64,000 bases of DNA, from contig NC_068992.1 in the NCBI RefSeq assembly GCF_001194135.2, forward strand, positions 932,415-996,414. The letters are read 5' to 3'. The DNA comes from Octopus bimaculoides. Taxonomy: Eukaryota. The position numbers and the translations under genes are program-made. This document shows, one piece after another, positions 30,690 to 43,165 of the stretch; position 1 is the first letter of the stretch; each line of letters begins with the position of its first letter. The notes under the pieces are model-generated. The model saw only the letters and a list, made by a program, of their open reading frames with translations, ran no database searches and was not told the origin of the DNA.

Positions 30690-31291
30690 TTTTTTTTTGG
30701 CGAGAAACTCACGAGTAAGGAAAGTTCGGTGACAGGGTGCATTATCTGTGAAGAATCCAATTCTTCGTGCTCCACAGATCCGGTTGCTTTCACCGAATGT
30801 CTTCCCTCAGACACTTCAAAACGTCGCAACAGAACTCTCGATTGACAGTATGGTCCCTGAGGACGAATTATCGATGCACGATACCAAATTTGCGGGGGTG
30901 ACGCTCATAGTGGGTCTTCCAGATTGCTCATCATCTCTGAGGGACGTTCTTCCATTTATGAAGTACCTGTACTATTCTAAGCATTGCGTACGATCCATTG
31001 TATCGTTACCGTAAGCTTACCAAAGCATAATGAATGTATCTGTAACATACTTCCCAAGTTTAACGCAACACTTCACGTTGGTCTTTTGTTCTTGTCCATG
31101 ACAAATCCGCAGAGTACAGCATACACGTGATCACAAAAACACAAATTTCACAACATACGAAGTTAACACAGTGATGTCACTCGGAACACTGCATCATGAA
31201 GGTCCCTGCTAGTTCTCACTACGCACGCAACCGTGTGCTGCCATTTTTTGGCGTACTACAGAAATAGTCGTGGAAACTTTTGATAACATCA
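30690..31291 (-). mobile_element. Decayed, internally deleted mariner transposon
   Basis: Minus-strand pieces: EQKTNVKCCVKLGKYVTDTFIMLW*AYGNDTMDRTQCLE*YRYFINGRTSLRDDEQSGRPT (HTH region), joined directly to GIVHR*FVLRDHTVNREFCCDVLKCLREDIR*KQPDLWSTKNWILH / DNAPCH (catalytic region). A TIR-like TA|TGATGTTATCAAAAGTTTCC lies at the right end. Confidence 0.9.
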
Positions 31292-32639
31292 TATATCTAA
31301 ACAAAGAACATGTATCTATCCTTCTTAACTGTAAGATGACTGCTTACCCAACAGAGCTCAAGTGTCCTCCGACATGTTTTGCTTTTCGTTCTGCAGTGTG
31401 TCAAATGGACACAACCCTTTTCAGCACGCTAGCTTTGTAACGTTCCTGTTTAGTCACCGAAGTTGCTCTGACTTACATGTTACCAGTTGCACTAAATGTG
31501 ACTTGGTATATACATACGTACATGAATAAGACGTAGTATATGCATGCATATTTGCATATCCGGAAACATTCACAAGTATTAATGAAAATTCGAAATGCGT
31601 ATCTTCCTTCATGCTACCCTTGCATTGTTTCAAATTTCGTCATGATTTGTAGTTCAACAACATTCTGTAAACGTTGAGTATCAAAACTTAATAAGTAACA
31701 CAAGCCTTTCGTTTGATGTGAAAATTTTCCAATGATTCATTTAATGAAATACGCACACTGAAACACTTGCTCCCTCATGCTGATACATAGCCACGCACGC
31801 GCTCGCTCACGTCCACATATATGCATAAATTATTTATTTCTCTATATCATGCATTAGAACTCTAGCAGATGTTGATAACACTATTGTCGCTTATCAACCT
31901 AAAGTGGAAAGAATTGCGTAGATTCTAAAATAGCGCTGTACAGTAAAACTTTGAAACAGTTAGGTTCCGTGCAATATCTTGGCAGCATATTAAATAGGAA
32001 TGCAAATGCTGGTGCTTAAATTGCAAATACAATTCAGAAATCATGAATACCTTTTGAAGAATTACAATGCCCCTTTCGGTCTCCAGAGTTATACAAAATG
32101 AAAATGCATTTTCAAATATCTATTTCTAAAATAAAAAAATAAAAAAATGATAATAAAAAAATTTTAAATGCATAGCAAATGTTTTCTTGATTAGCTGTGA
32201 ATATTGGTCATTTTGTCCAAAATATTGTAAAGTTTTAATTTTTACTGAAAAACATTTACGAATATTTTGTTCGTGTTTCTTTTTTTTACTGCCGTATTAA
32301 GAGTAGACACACGATGTATTTTGTTTATCGAATAGACTCTAATAGTTATATCAGTTACTTTTTTACTCTTGAGGTTCCTTTTACCGAACCAGTATGCAAA
32401 GGAACAAAGGCAAAACCTGCACCGGTTAACATACGGCAGAATACAAATAAACACATAAGAATGTGTACGCGTATACATTAGCAAGCACACAAAAATTGGC
32501 ATATATTGCACACACAAACAAATACATATACAAACACAGGTGAACTGACAAATGTATGCTTACGCTTAGGTGTGTGAACATTTCGGAGTTCGCTTCACAA
32601 CTCGTAGCAGAGACCTATATATTTAGGTATATATAGAAG

Positions 32640-32750
32640 GCTCTGCGTAGTTTCTTTGTCCAACTTTAATCAGAGCCTATTAATCAGACCGTTGTTATAG
32701 TAAAAGATCGTTCATATCCATATCATGCAATGCTTGAGCCATAAAGTCTT
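32640..32750 (-). mobile_element. Very degenerate SINE family B head fragment
   Basis: GTAGTTTCTTTGTCCAAC...GTTATAGTAAAAGA resembles CAGTTTCTGTGTACCAAATCC...GCTATAGTAGAAGAC at 35534-35595. Confidence 0.4.
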
Positions 32751-33227
32751 TTCAATCTGCTACTATAATATGACATTTAAATTTTATTTCATCTTATAGC
32801 ATCTGTATTCAAAATACTTTAACATTACATTCGGAATATTTGAAATGATATTAGGCAAAATGTCGGCGACACGCTTGACATAGGTTGGAGATATTTCAAT
32901 GGTGCTGAAATGTTGGAATTGTCAGCACATGCATGTCTAGGCGTTCTCTTGCTATGGAGACAAACTAAAGTGATCGTATAAAACGATTAGAGTATTTTCT
33001 AGAGGTAACTAGGAAAGCAATCACACAGAAACTGGCTTTAAATACAAACAAAGGGTTTACATCGCGTCTGAAGAATCGCAATGTTGATGTGGTAAGTTAG
33101 AAAAAGTAATCTACTTGAAATGGAATCAAAATGAAAATATGTATGGATTGCATAAATAGAGTTTGAAAAGAAGCGGATAAACTCTTCAAAACAAAACGAA
33201 GATATGACCGTATGGCAAGAAATCTAT

Positions 33228-33351
33228 TTCCCAACTACATGGTTCTGGCACTAGTCCCTGTGTGTAGCACCTAGGCCACAGGCGTACCGCTATAAGTTCG
33301 AGCGGACTGCAGTCTGACGAGGAAATTTCCTAGACGAAAACTGAAAATGGC

Positions 33352-33355
<4 letters not shown>
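33228..33355 (+). mobile_element. Degenerate SINE family B head followed by its (TA)n tract
   Basis: CCAACTACATGGTTCTGGCACTAGTCCC...GCACCTAGG resembles ACATGGTTCCGGGTTCAGTCCCAC...GCACCTTG; GAAAACTGAAAA precedes (TA)n as in the 35103 copy. Confidence 0.5.
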
Positions 33356-33425
<70 letters not shown>

Positions 33426-33769
33426 TGTTTGCGTATATGTGTGTGTGCGTATATGTGTGTGTGCGTATATATGTGTGTATGTGTGTATCCATGTAGGTAG
33501 GTATGAATATGTACACACATACTCACACACACACACACACACACACACACATAAATATAACTAATAGGATTCTTCCAGTTGCCTTCCCAAATATGCACAT
33601 AATTATGGTGAAAGTTTTAGGGTCGATTGTGTTTGTTTATTGTTGATCTTACAGTATTTCTTCTTAGGTGAATTTAATTAGGATGCATTCTGGTTGAAAC
33701 CTTACTTTTCATTCCAGATCGTAGACCAGAAGGATTTAAGATGTTCGTGAGAAAGGGCTTTTTTTTTGT

Positions 33770-34420
33770 TACCAGTTTTTCGCCCCCATCTCCATATAAT
33801 GCCTGCGGACTGGAAAACAAACTTGTGCTTCATACTGTCGCGCCAGATAAATTTTTCTTCGATGACAAAACTTGTCACTCAACGTCGTGAGTTTCAGGCT
33901 TCGAAGTAATTAGTTTCTCTCGGAGTCAAGAATTTCCTTATTTTTCGCATAAGAAGTAATGCGTGCTGTGCGAACTCATTATTTCTTCTACATTTTGTTA
34001 CCGAGGTTAACCATCCAATATGTCAGTGAATATTGCAGTTGTTTTCTTCAAGGTTATTTTTCCACCTGGGTTGCTTTCGTTTAGTAAATTCATTAGCACG
34101 TGCACAGCAGTTTTTTCCCATGTCTTCTTCTATAACAAAAGCGCCAACGTATACAAAGGTATTAATTTTCTATTAATTAAAATGGTATGATTCTATGTGT
34201 TCTCCAGCGACATCATTGAACATTTTTATCATGAGAGGAGTGTTTCTTCTTTAATCTCGTTACATAAACCGAGAGAAAATATTTCCAATCGTGGTTCTAA
34301 AATGTCCTTAAGCTGCATATATTCCTGAGTCATGTTTGTCGAATCGGCTACACATGGACTTATACGACAGTATAGTGATGGTCTCAGCTGTTTGTCTCCT
34401 TTGGTTTCGCCATGTTTTGC
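33770..34420 (-). pseudogene. Heavily decayed RTE-like reverse transcriptase fragment
   Basis: Order of weak motif remnants across frameshifts (EIKEETLLS ~ GVKQGDTLSP; YVGAFVIEED ~ YADDIVL; LMNLLNESNPGGKITLKKT ~ L..ES.K.GL.IN.KKT; ALYG ~ LLYG.ETW) fits RTE; each match alone is weak. Confidence 0.35.
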
Positions 34421-35102
34421 CAGATTTGGCTGGATTTCCATTATTTTATCAAATCGATTAGCGTCAAAGATTTAGAATAATGATTACTATTGGGACAGAA
34501 AAGTTGTTACAACAACAACAGCAACAACAACAACAACAAAAGAAAGAAAAAGTATACAAAGAAATTGTTACGACAGATGTTTCCCCGTAAAATGTAGTTT
34601 GGATTAAATCATTCTCAGCAGTTTTAACCGCATCTTATCACCGACAAGGTGACCGTCACGGTGTTTTTGAAGTAGAAGTGCTTGAATTAAATATAAAGAC
34701 CAAGTAGGGTGAGAAGTGTAGTTTCGTCGACTTGAATAATATCTAGGTCTCGTACTATTCCTTCTTTGGTATTGGTGTTGGAATTATCATCATTGAAAAC
34801 TTGAAAAATTCCAGTATTTTGTTATCTGGTGTGTATGGCACTAATTCGTTAAATAGCAGGTGTTACTCATATTTAGAATAGAAGAAAGAAACCAGGTACT
34901 GTATAAATCGGCATAGAGGAGACAAGAACAAACATGTTGCAAAATTCATTTTCTCTGGTGCTGTACGCCTGAATGTCTGGTGATAACGGTGACATAGCTA
35001 TGGATATGAATATATGTTTCTCTATACCTAGACACATATATACACACGTACATTTATAAATATATATGCCCATAAGCATTTCGTTGTATATTTACTTATA
35101 TA

Positions 35103-35241
35103 GGTGCAGAAGTGGCTGTGTGGTAAGAAGCTCGCTTCCGAACAACATGGTTCCGGGTTCAGTCCCACTGCATGGCACCTTGTAACAGTTTCTTCTACCT
35201 TGTGTGTGGATTTGGTATATGGAAACTGAAAGAAGCTCGTC

Positions 35242-35282
<41 letters not shown>

Positions 35283-35488
35283 ACTGTGTGTGTCTGTGTT
35301 TGTCCCCCAACTATCGCGTGACAACAGATATTGGTGTGTTTACGTCCCTGTAACCCGGCGGTTCGGCAAAAGAGGCCTATAGAATAAGTTCTAGACTTAC
35401 AAAGAATAAGTCCTAGGATCGATGTGTTCGTCTTAAGGTAGTGCTCTAGCATGGCCGCAGTCAAAGGGGTGAAGCAAATAAAAGAATA
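35103..35488 (+). mobile_element. tRNA-derived SINE family B, near full length, with internal (TA)n
   Basis: A-box-like TGGCTGTGTGG (35113), B-box-like GGTTCAGTCCC (35156), internal (TA)n/(TG)n, tail AAGGTAGTGCTCTAGCATGGCCGCAGTC...AAATAAAAGAATA. Confidence 0.88.
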
Positions 35489-35520
35489 TATATTATGCAA
35501 ATATATATATATATATATAC

Positions 35521-35668
35521 GACAGCCTTCTTTCAGTTTCTGTGTACCAAATCCACTCACAATCTTTGATCGTCCCGAGGCTATAGTAGAAGACACTTGC
35601 CTAAGGTGGCACGCTGTGGGACTGAACCCGGAACCATGTGGTTGTTAAGCAAGCTTACCACACGGCCT
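35521..35668 (-). mobile_element. SINE family B 5' half, inverted relative to the neighbouring copy
   Basis: Reverse complement shares an exact 24-mer ACATGGTTCCGGGTTCAGTCCCAC and GGATTTGGTA...GAAACTGAAAGAAG with the 35103 copy. Confidence 0.88.
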
Positions 35669-36562
35669 AACTATATATATATATATATATATNNNNNNNN
35701 NNNNNNNNNNNNNNNNNNNNNNNNNNNNNNNNNNNNNNNNNNNNNNNNNNATATACATATATAGATAGGTATAGAGAAATATAAATATATTTTTATCTCC
35801 CTCTGTGTGTTAGCCTATTTATGCAAAAACTACCATGATGCGTTCTAGTATTTATATGTTGTAAAGTATATATGTTGTAAAGTATATAGCGTGTAAATAA
35901 ATATAGAGATTTGCTATAGTTACGATGTATATGCATATGTACTTGTGTGTGCATATAGGTCTATATGTACACAATTTTGGTTCTCTTTGTAGCTTATATA
36001 GTTAATAATTTAGATGTACATTAGCGCATATATTTAAATATTTACCGGAACCTGAGAGGACGAATTTAAATATTCAGTTGTTCATTAGTGAAAATATTTC
36101 CATCTGTTCAGAGAACAGTAATGCATACGTAATACATGCACACATACATTCATATATATCTATAAGTGAATATATATGCCCGTCTATATATATATTTATT
36201 TGATATGTATATATAAATATATAGTATATGTATATGTATGTTATGTATATATAAATATGTATATATATGTGTGTATATATATATATATATATGTTTGTGT
36301 GTGTATGTGTATATAGATATATAGGTAATGGATTTACCTATATCTTTCCATCTTACTATCTCCATTTATGTAAGTATTTTGTCATTTAATCACTATGATG
36401 AAATGCCTAACATGTTAATGGAATGTAAAATTGCTATTCTTTAATAAAACGCTCACGCCCAAACATCAGACAAGAAATTCCGTATTGGCTTTGTACGTAA
36501 GAAAAAGTTAGCAACGCAAACTATATTCATATAAATTCGACATGAAAAGAAAAGAAAAAAAA

Positions 36563-36623
36563 ATGGAAACCACAATATGTGCAGTTTTATTTATCAGTTA
36601 TTTGTTTCATGGATGTCAGTACA
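36563..36623 (+). CDS. Candidate first coding exon encoding a signal peptide (unknown secreted or membrane protein)
   Basis: AAAATGG start, METTICAVLFISYLFHGCQY (hydrophobic core), then a phase-1 donor CA|GTAAGC. An upstream in-frame ATG at 36542 adds MKRKEKK. No homology recognised and no downstream exon confirmed. Confidence 0.3.
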
Positions 36624-36729
36624 GTAAGCAAAATGTAGTCAAGGCTCCATTGCAAAGTAAAATGATTTCCTTTTCCTTGAATATCAATTTACACCTCTCC
36701 TTTTTTATTACATTTTGGAACCGAGAAAC

Positions 36730-36804
<75 letters not shown>

Positions 36805-36874
36805 CCTGTGTATCTCAGTAACTAGCTACTTGTATAGCTCTCTGTCCGTCTGTCTGTCTGTCTGTCTGTCTGTC

Positions 36875-36947
<73 letters not shown>

Positions 36948-37819
36948 GGGGTTATTTAAATCCAGGAAATCGCCTCACAGGTGCGAATTTGCCATTCTAT
37001 AAAGATGACCCACAATTATCATCATTTAATTAATATATCAAAGCGTATATCGACTGTGGATAATTGTGAGAAACTACTGCTTGATAAACAAGGACAATGC
37101 ATTTGCAAAAATTTAACGCCGGTGTGTAAGAGCGCTATTTCTAATTCAGCAGGGACCTAAACAGTGTTACTGGATGGATAAAATCAGCGATATCTACCAT
37201 GTATGACAAATCCGATTTTCACCGAAATATTAAAACGAAATGCTTAACATTAAAATGCAAATAGACATGTAAAAAGGTATCTGCTCTTTTTGCCAATTCA
37301 TCCGTCATCCACCTCACCCTAAATAACTGATATAAATCATTGTCTTTTCTTAAGGAAAGTATACGTATTTCAGCCATAGATTAGTGTCGTGGATTATGGC
37401 AATCTTGGAAGAAATCTGGTGTTTATCCAGGTTCCCATTCATATTGGGAGCTGGCAGACTTCAGCTGCATAATTGACTAACACGGAAGTAGTATCAAATT
37501 TACAAGTTTTCGTTTCACTCGTAAATAATATTGGAACATGTTCAATTACCATTTCATAATATCACGCATCCAGCACTGGAGATTTGTATGTAACAATACC
37601 CAGAACCCGAATGTACGCTTTTGTAATTTCTTCGTTAAATTGCAGTTTAGTAGTAGAAGAAAATTTTCCTCTATAGGGTCTTCCATAAGCATATCTTTAC
37701 TTGTAAATACTGAAACACTAAAACCTGTATCATGATTTTCTTTCTTATGTACACACTTTCATTATAAGGTACAAATACGTAAATACACACATAAATACAC
37801 ACCCTTTTGATACGCCTCG

Positions 37820-38226
37820 CTGACCTTGACGTTCCTTTCTCTGTGTAGAATGTCATCCAGCTCCAAAATCCCTAAATATCAATACCCACTACCGTCGGAG
37901 TCAACCATGGTCTCTCCTGATGGTAACCGCAATCCTCTGCAAGGCTGATTTCTTCCCACATTTCATATAAGTACTGAGCAAAGCTTTTTCTGTAAGATGT
38001 CATTTAAGTTTTCCATCCCACCATACTTCTCTTCAGGAAACACGTTACATTATTTGCAATTCCAAACAGATCTAAGCACCATTAGTTCACGAATGTGGAA
38101 TCATGTCAAAAGCTTTGCAACAGTCAATCCAGGCTAGTCCCAGATTTGTTCTCCTTTGTTTACAATCTTGCATTTACGTTTTGTTAATGAATATTTGATC
38201 TTTGGTACCTCTGCATCTCCTTCTAT
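37820..38226 (-). mobile_element. R4/Dong-clade reverse transcriptase fragment, decayed and internally deleted
   Basis: [44 protein letters not shown], then WCLDLFGIANNVTCFLKRSMVGWKT, joined to GLRLPSGETMVDSDGSGY*YLGILELDDIL. Matches R4/Dong RT motifs G.RGTKDQL / AWIDYKKAFD..PHSW / YKYLGI.E. Confidence 0.85.
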
Positions 38227-38823
38227 AGAGACCTCAAGAGACAACAAATTAGAAGTTCATGTAGGTGTTATGCCTAGGGTACCATATATTTGAATTTGTA
38301 CTGTGTTGTTCTAGATAATGTTTAAAAATTTGAGATCACATAGACAGTATTTTACGTAGGATATGGGCAGTTCCCATGAGCACTATCTTTTGCACTTCAA
38401 CCATTTTGGGGTTTCCTGGTATCGGAGCTAGGTAGTAATCATCCCGTTTCGCTGTCATTCCCAGGACATCTATGACAATAGGTATTGTTTTCGTCTTCAG
38501 ATTCCACATTTTGCTAATTTCTATTTCAAGATCTTTATATTTGCTCAGTTTTTGGTAGGTCTTGACAGATACGTTTATATCGATTGGGACAGTCATATCA
38601 ATGAGGAGGCATGCTTTTTATCTGAAGTCTTTCAGTATGATGTCTGGCCTATTTGCATCTATCTTTCTGTCAGTTTGAATGGTGAAGTTCCAGAGGAGTG
38701 CGATGTGATCATTTTCAAGTACTGGGGGTGGTTTGTGTTCCCACCAGTTTTTATTATGGGGCAAGTCCAAGTTTTTGCAAATTACCCAGTGAATATATTG
38801 TGAAGCTCTATCATGCCTGTTGA
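38227..38823 (-). mobile_element. R4/Dong-clade retrotransposon 3' end (REL endonuclease, stop codon and ~110 nt 3' UTR)
   Basis: NRHDRASQYIHWVICKNLDLPHNKNWWEHKPPPVLENDHIALLWNFTIQTDRKIDANRPDIILKDFR*KACLLIDMTVPIDINVSVKTYQKLSKYKDLEIEISKMWNLKTKTIPIVIDVLGM...MGTAHILRKILSM* with one premature stop. The 5' side runs into an N-gap followed by (TAA)n. Confidence 0.92.
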
Positions 38824-39297
38824 NNNNNNNNNNNNNNNNNNNNNNNNNNNNNNNNNNNNNNNNNNNNNNNNNNNNNNNNNNNNNNNNNNNNNNNNNNNNN
38901 NNNNNNNNNNNNNNNNNNNNNNNNNNNNNNNNNNNNNNNNNNNNNNNNNNNNNNNNNNNNNNNNNNNNNNNNNNNNNNNNNNNNNNNNNNNNNNNNNNNN
39001 NNNNNNNNNNNNNNNNNNNNNNNNNNNNNNNNNNNNNNNNNNNNNNNNNNNNNNNNNNNNNNNNNNNNNNNNNNNNNNNNNNNNNNNNNNNNNNNNNNNN
39101 NNNNNNNNNNNNNNNNNNNNNNNNNNNNNNNNNNNNNNNNNNNNNNNNNNNNNNNNNNNNNNNNNNNNNNNNNNNNNNNNNNNNNNNNNNNNNNNNNNNN
39201 NNNNNNNNNNNNNNNNNNNNNNNNNNNNNNNNNNNNNNNNNNNNNNNNNNNNNNNNNNNNNNNNNNNNNNNNNNNNNNNNNNNNNNNNNNNNNNNNN

Positions 39298-39375
<78 letters not shown>
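39298..39375. repeat. (TTA/TAA)n microsatellite
   Basis: Direct reading; lies 5' (sense strand) of the Dong-like element across the gap. Confidence 0.98.
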
Positions 39376-39376
<1 letters not shown>

Positions 39377-39523
39377 AATTAAAAGAAGAGTGCCATTTGT
39401 TATCTTGGGAACAATATTTCGACATCTCGCGTGTCTTCCACTGGTTCGAAAAATAAATTTGTCAATCTACTTCATTTTCGTTTATATAGAAAGGATTGAG
39501 GTAACTCCTCCGATATAGAGTCA

Positions 39524-39752
39524 TAAGATCAATTATTAATTAGGTATGTAGGCTTCAGCAATACACACCACAATATGGAGTGCGATATCACTGGAGTGAT
39601 TAACCCGTTTAAACTTGATTACAGACGAAATTAAAATACTCATTTGATTGAATTATTTATTTATCTTTCACTTATTCGTTTAATATCATATGCAGTTGTG
39701 TCTCTATCTCTCTTTACCAAAGTTAAGTATGGTGTAAACAAAACATCTCTTA

Positions 39753-39804
<52 letters not shown>

Positions 39805-40370
39805 ATTATTATTATTATTACTGTTGTTGTTATTATTATTATAATAATCTTCTGTCATACTTCCACTCTTTAAATATTTTTCCACTCTAAATCACAGGAC
39901 AAACGCTCTCATCAGAAGCAAAAAAGTTTTGTCTTATTTGCGCCGATGCAATTTACTAGTATGATTGCATGAATAAATAAATGAGTTGCTCCCAAAGTTG
40001 ACGTGTTCTTTCAATGATCGTTAATTAACAATGTTTGATATAGCTGTTCTTAGATTAACATTGCTACATAAATATATTTTAATTAAGTTTGTATTCCAGT
40101 CTGTAAATTGCAAACAATTAAGAACAGTCTGTCGAATATTTAAGATCAATTATTAATTAGGTATGTAGGCTTCGGCAATACACACCACAATATGGAGTGC
40201 GATATCACTGGAGTGATTAACCTGTTTAAACTTGATTACAGACGAAATTAAAATACTCATCTGATTGAATTATTTATTTATCTTTTACTTATTCGTTTAA
40301 TATCATATGCAGTTGTGACTCTATCTCTCTTTACCAAAGTTAAGTATGGTGTAAACAAAACATCTCTTAA
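39524..40370 (+). repeat. 230-bp direct duplication (39524-39753 and 40141-40370)
   Basis: Both copies run TAAGATCAATTATTAATTAGG...AAAACATCTCTTAA; I see only about 6 differences. Confidence 0.95.
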
Positions 40371-40582
40371 TGTATAATTGTTGCTAAAAGTTGAGAAGTT
40401 AATTATGGCAAACAGTTTGAAAAGTAGAACCACATTTCTCATTGTCACGAAGATATTTGGGCACCTCAGGTTAAAGATATTAAATCATGTGAGAACTGAG
40501 ATGCTGCGCCCATAAGATATGCGTACGGTAAGTAGTGACATTAATACATGTCATTTGTATACAGCGTCTATATACGTGAATA

Positions 40583-40626
<44 letters not shown>

Positions 40627-42849
40627 ACACGCGTACACACATACAGTTAAATAGGTGGATACTTTTAACTGTTATTCAGCATACGAACGAAGTGCTGCAG
40701 TGAAGAACAATATACGACACTGATTTCTAGTCACTCCATAAAACTGCAAATGGTTGTCGACATCAGTCTTCTTCACGAATACGGTAGCATTATCACAGGT
40801 TAAAGCAGGAAATGCGAATTTGCCATTGTACATATATTGTGTTCATTATGTCTAGATGAACCGTAAGACGTGTGGCCAGAACCTCCTGGAAAATAACCAT
40901 AGCGAGGGACATTCCACAGTTGAATTAGAACAGTCACAAACAGTGAAAGAAGACATGCACCCAACACCATGCTTCATGACTTACACCTGAATAAGTAGTA
41001 GCAGGCTTAATCGACTATCTGGAATATATTCAATGCAATACAATCACTAACGGTACACAGTGAACTGGGTTTGTATTGGGAAGTCATGACAAAATATACA
41101 GAAATGTTGAAAGCAATTAATATCACATGCATATAACAGCAATAGTCCAACTATTCACTACCAGCGATACGAAGCATATTTCCTGTGAGTCGTAATTCCA
41201 ACAACTCTACAATCAAATCATACAGAAGTTCTAATGTGAAATCTTTTATTTCTGAACCACTGTTTTCACTTATTAATTGACTGAGTTTATATGTCACCAC
41301 TTTCCTTCGGTTTAGTGTATATGTCTGTCAGTCACCTTGTATAAGGTATTTTTTGTGTACGTATGAATAATCCTCACACGGACTCTCAAATATATGACCC
41401 AAAATATTCGAAGTAATTTCCAGGATTTTACAAAATATTTTGTAAAAACTAATCAATATTAACACGAAGGCTATTTTTCGACATGTTTTCTTTAAAGGAT
41501 ATCCATGTCTTGCGTGCAATAAATGCCAAAGTTTGAAGAGTATCCTTCTCACATCACCCCTATGTCCATTTCATATTGTTTTCTACTACAACATTGACTT
41601 GCAGCTTTTAAATGCATTATTGAATATTTAATTAATGGACGATCTGTATGTAATCACGACCTGTATGTAAAGATGCTGTAGAATGAAGAAAATATAAAGC
41701 AATACAATGGTCTCTACAATGCGAAGTTGTTTTCTCTTCATAGATTTTATATTTTATTTTAATTCTTTCTAAGATAGACATGATTTTAGTGAAGGAAAGA
41801 AATAAACAAAAATTAGATACATGTGTAAATTGCGTTCATAATTACCTTATTGTGCTTAATGATGAGAGTTACATGAGTGCTTTTGAGCAGAAAACCATTT
41901 GAATTTAATGGTTTCTACGAACGTGAAAATAAAATATATAAATAGAATCTAATGTAGTTGAATATATATTGAAAGTAATTGCAATTGCCACTTAAGAATC
42001 ATCAGACAAGTTTAAATAGTCAACACAAAAATTAAATGCAAAATGAAGTGAGACTATAAACGTAAACCACATATTGAACGAAGTTTTGAAATTAGGTGAA
42101 ATACCATATAATTGAAAGAAAAACATTTAAAACATCAACGAGTATTTAATAATTGTGTATATCTTAGATTATTTGTATTTGCTTGTCAAACACTTAGCTT
42201 CAGCTTGATAGCGTTTCATTTTATGATTGCGCTGTCATATGTTCGTTTCCCGTCAGTAGGTTTGCGGTTTAGAGCAGAAAATAATTTTAACCACCCGCTT
42301 TCAGTTAAGCATTTTGTAAGTATTAGCGAAATTATGTAGTGAGGAATTTGCTTTATAATTCTGGTGTGAAGTATATTTCCAAAAGTTTATTTAAATGTTG
42401 AATTTATATCCTCTCATAAATAACATTGTTCGGCTTAAACGTTTTATTGCTGTAAAGTAGTATCAATTTATACATATATTAATAAATTTACTAGAGAACG
42501 CTATTTGGTGTACAAAATATGTTTCCATAAAAAATATGTTCGTAGACAGCAAAACAAGGAATAGCTGTGCATACATGTTCACAGTCTCTTCGATATTTTG
42601 CCAGCAATTGTGGGCGGCGTGTACCTTTCTATGCAGATATAGCTTAGTATTAGAGGTTAAAATGAAGTAGATAGAACAATTGCCATATCATAATGTTTTT
42701 TGGCTCCTCGTATAGCTACTAAATAACAGGCTTGGTAACAATGATTAGTATCGTTCGTATAATACACTATAACACACATTTGTGAGAATTATAAACCGAT
42801 ACTCCATCATTGGATGAATGTATACAATACATTCATGAATGCATTTCTT

Positions 42850-43165
42850 ACTAAGTTCCAGCTGCGATGGAGTGGACGTGTGATGCGCATGCCCTACTCC
42901 AGACGCCCCAAATAGATCATATTTGATGAACGACCATATGGAAAGCTAGACTCAAAGCAACTTTAAAAAGGGTAAATTAGAGAAGTCTACGTGGAAACAT
43001 CTTGCTCAAGAACGCTTACTGAGGCGTAGAGCTATGTACTCTGTAGAATAAAGTATTCGGAATCAGATATGATCAGAAAGTAAAAGAGAAGATTTCAGAG
43101 AAAGTAAGAGTCATACAGAGATATGACTCCACTTTTACGTGCTCCCATTGCAATAAACCTATCTA
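42850..43165 (+). pseudogene. RTE (BovB-like) LINE 3' fragment
   Basis: KFQLRWSGRVMRMPYSRRPK*IIFDERPYGK (QLRW.GHV.RM.D.R.PK.I.YGEL..GK), TWKHLAQER and STFTCSHCNKP (C-terminal zinc-finger remnant). Confidence 0.75.

Noticed and set aside
32607-32648. Imperfect hairpin GCAGAG...CTCTGC
   Set aside because: The stem depends largely on a TA run and is too short for a miRNA precursor.
36419-36440. TGGAATGTAAA, identical to the first 11 nt of miR-1
   Set aside because: The remainder does not match miR-1 and upstream pairing is poor.
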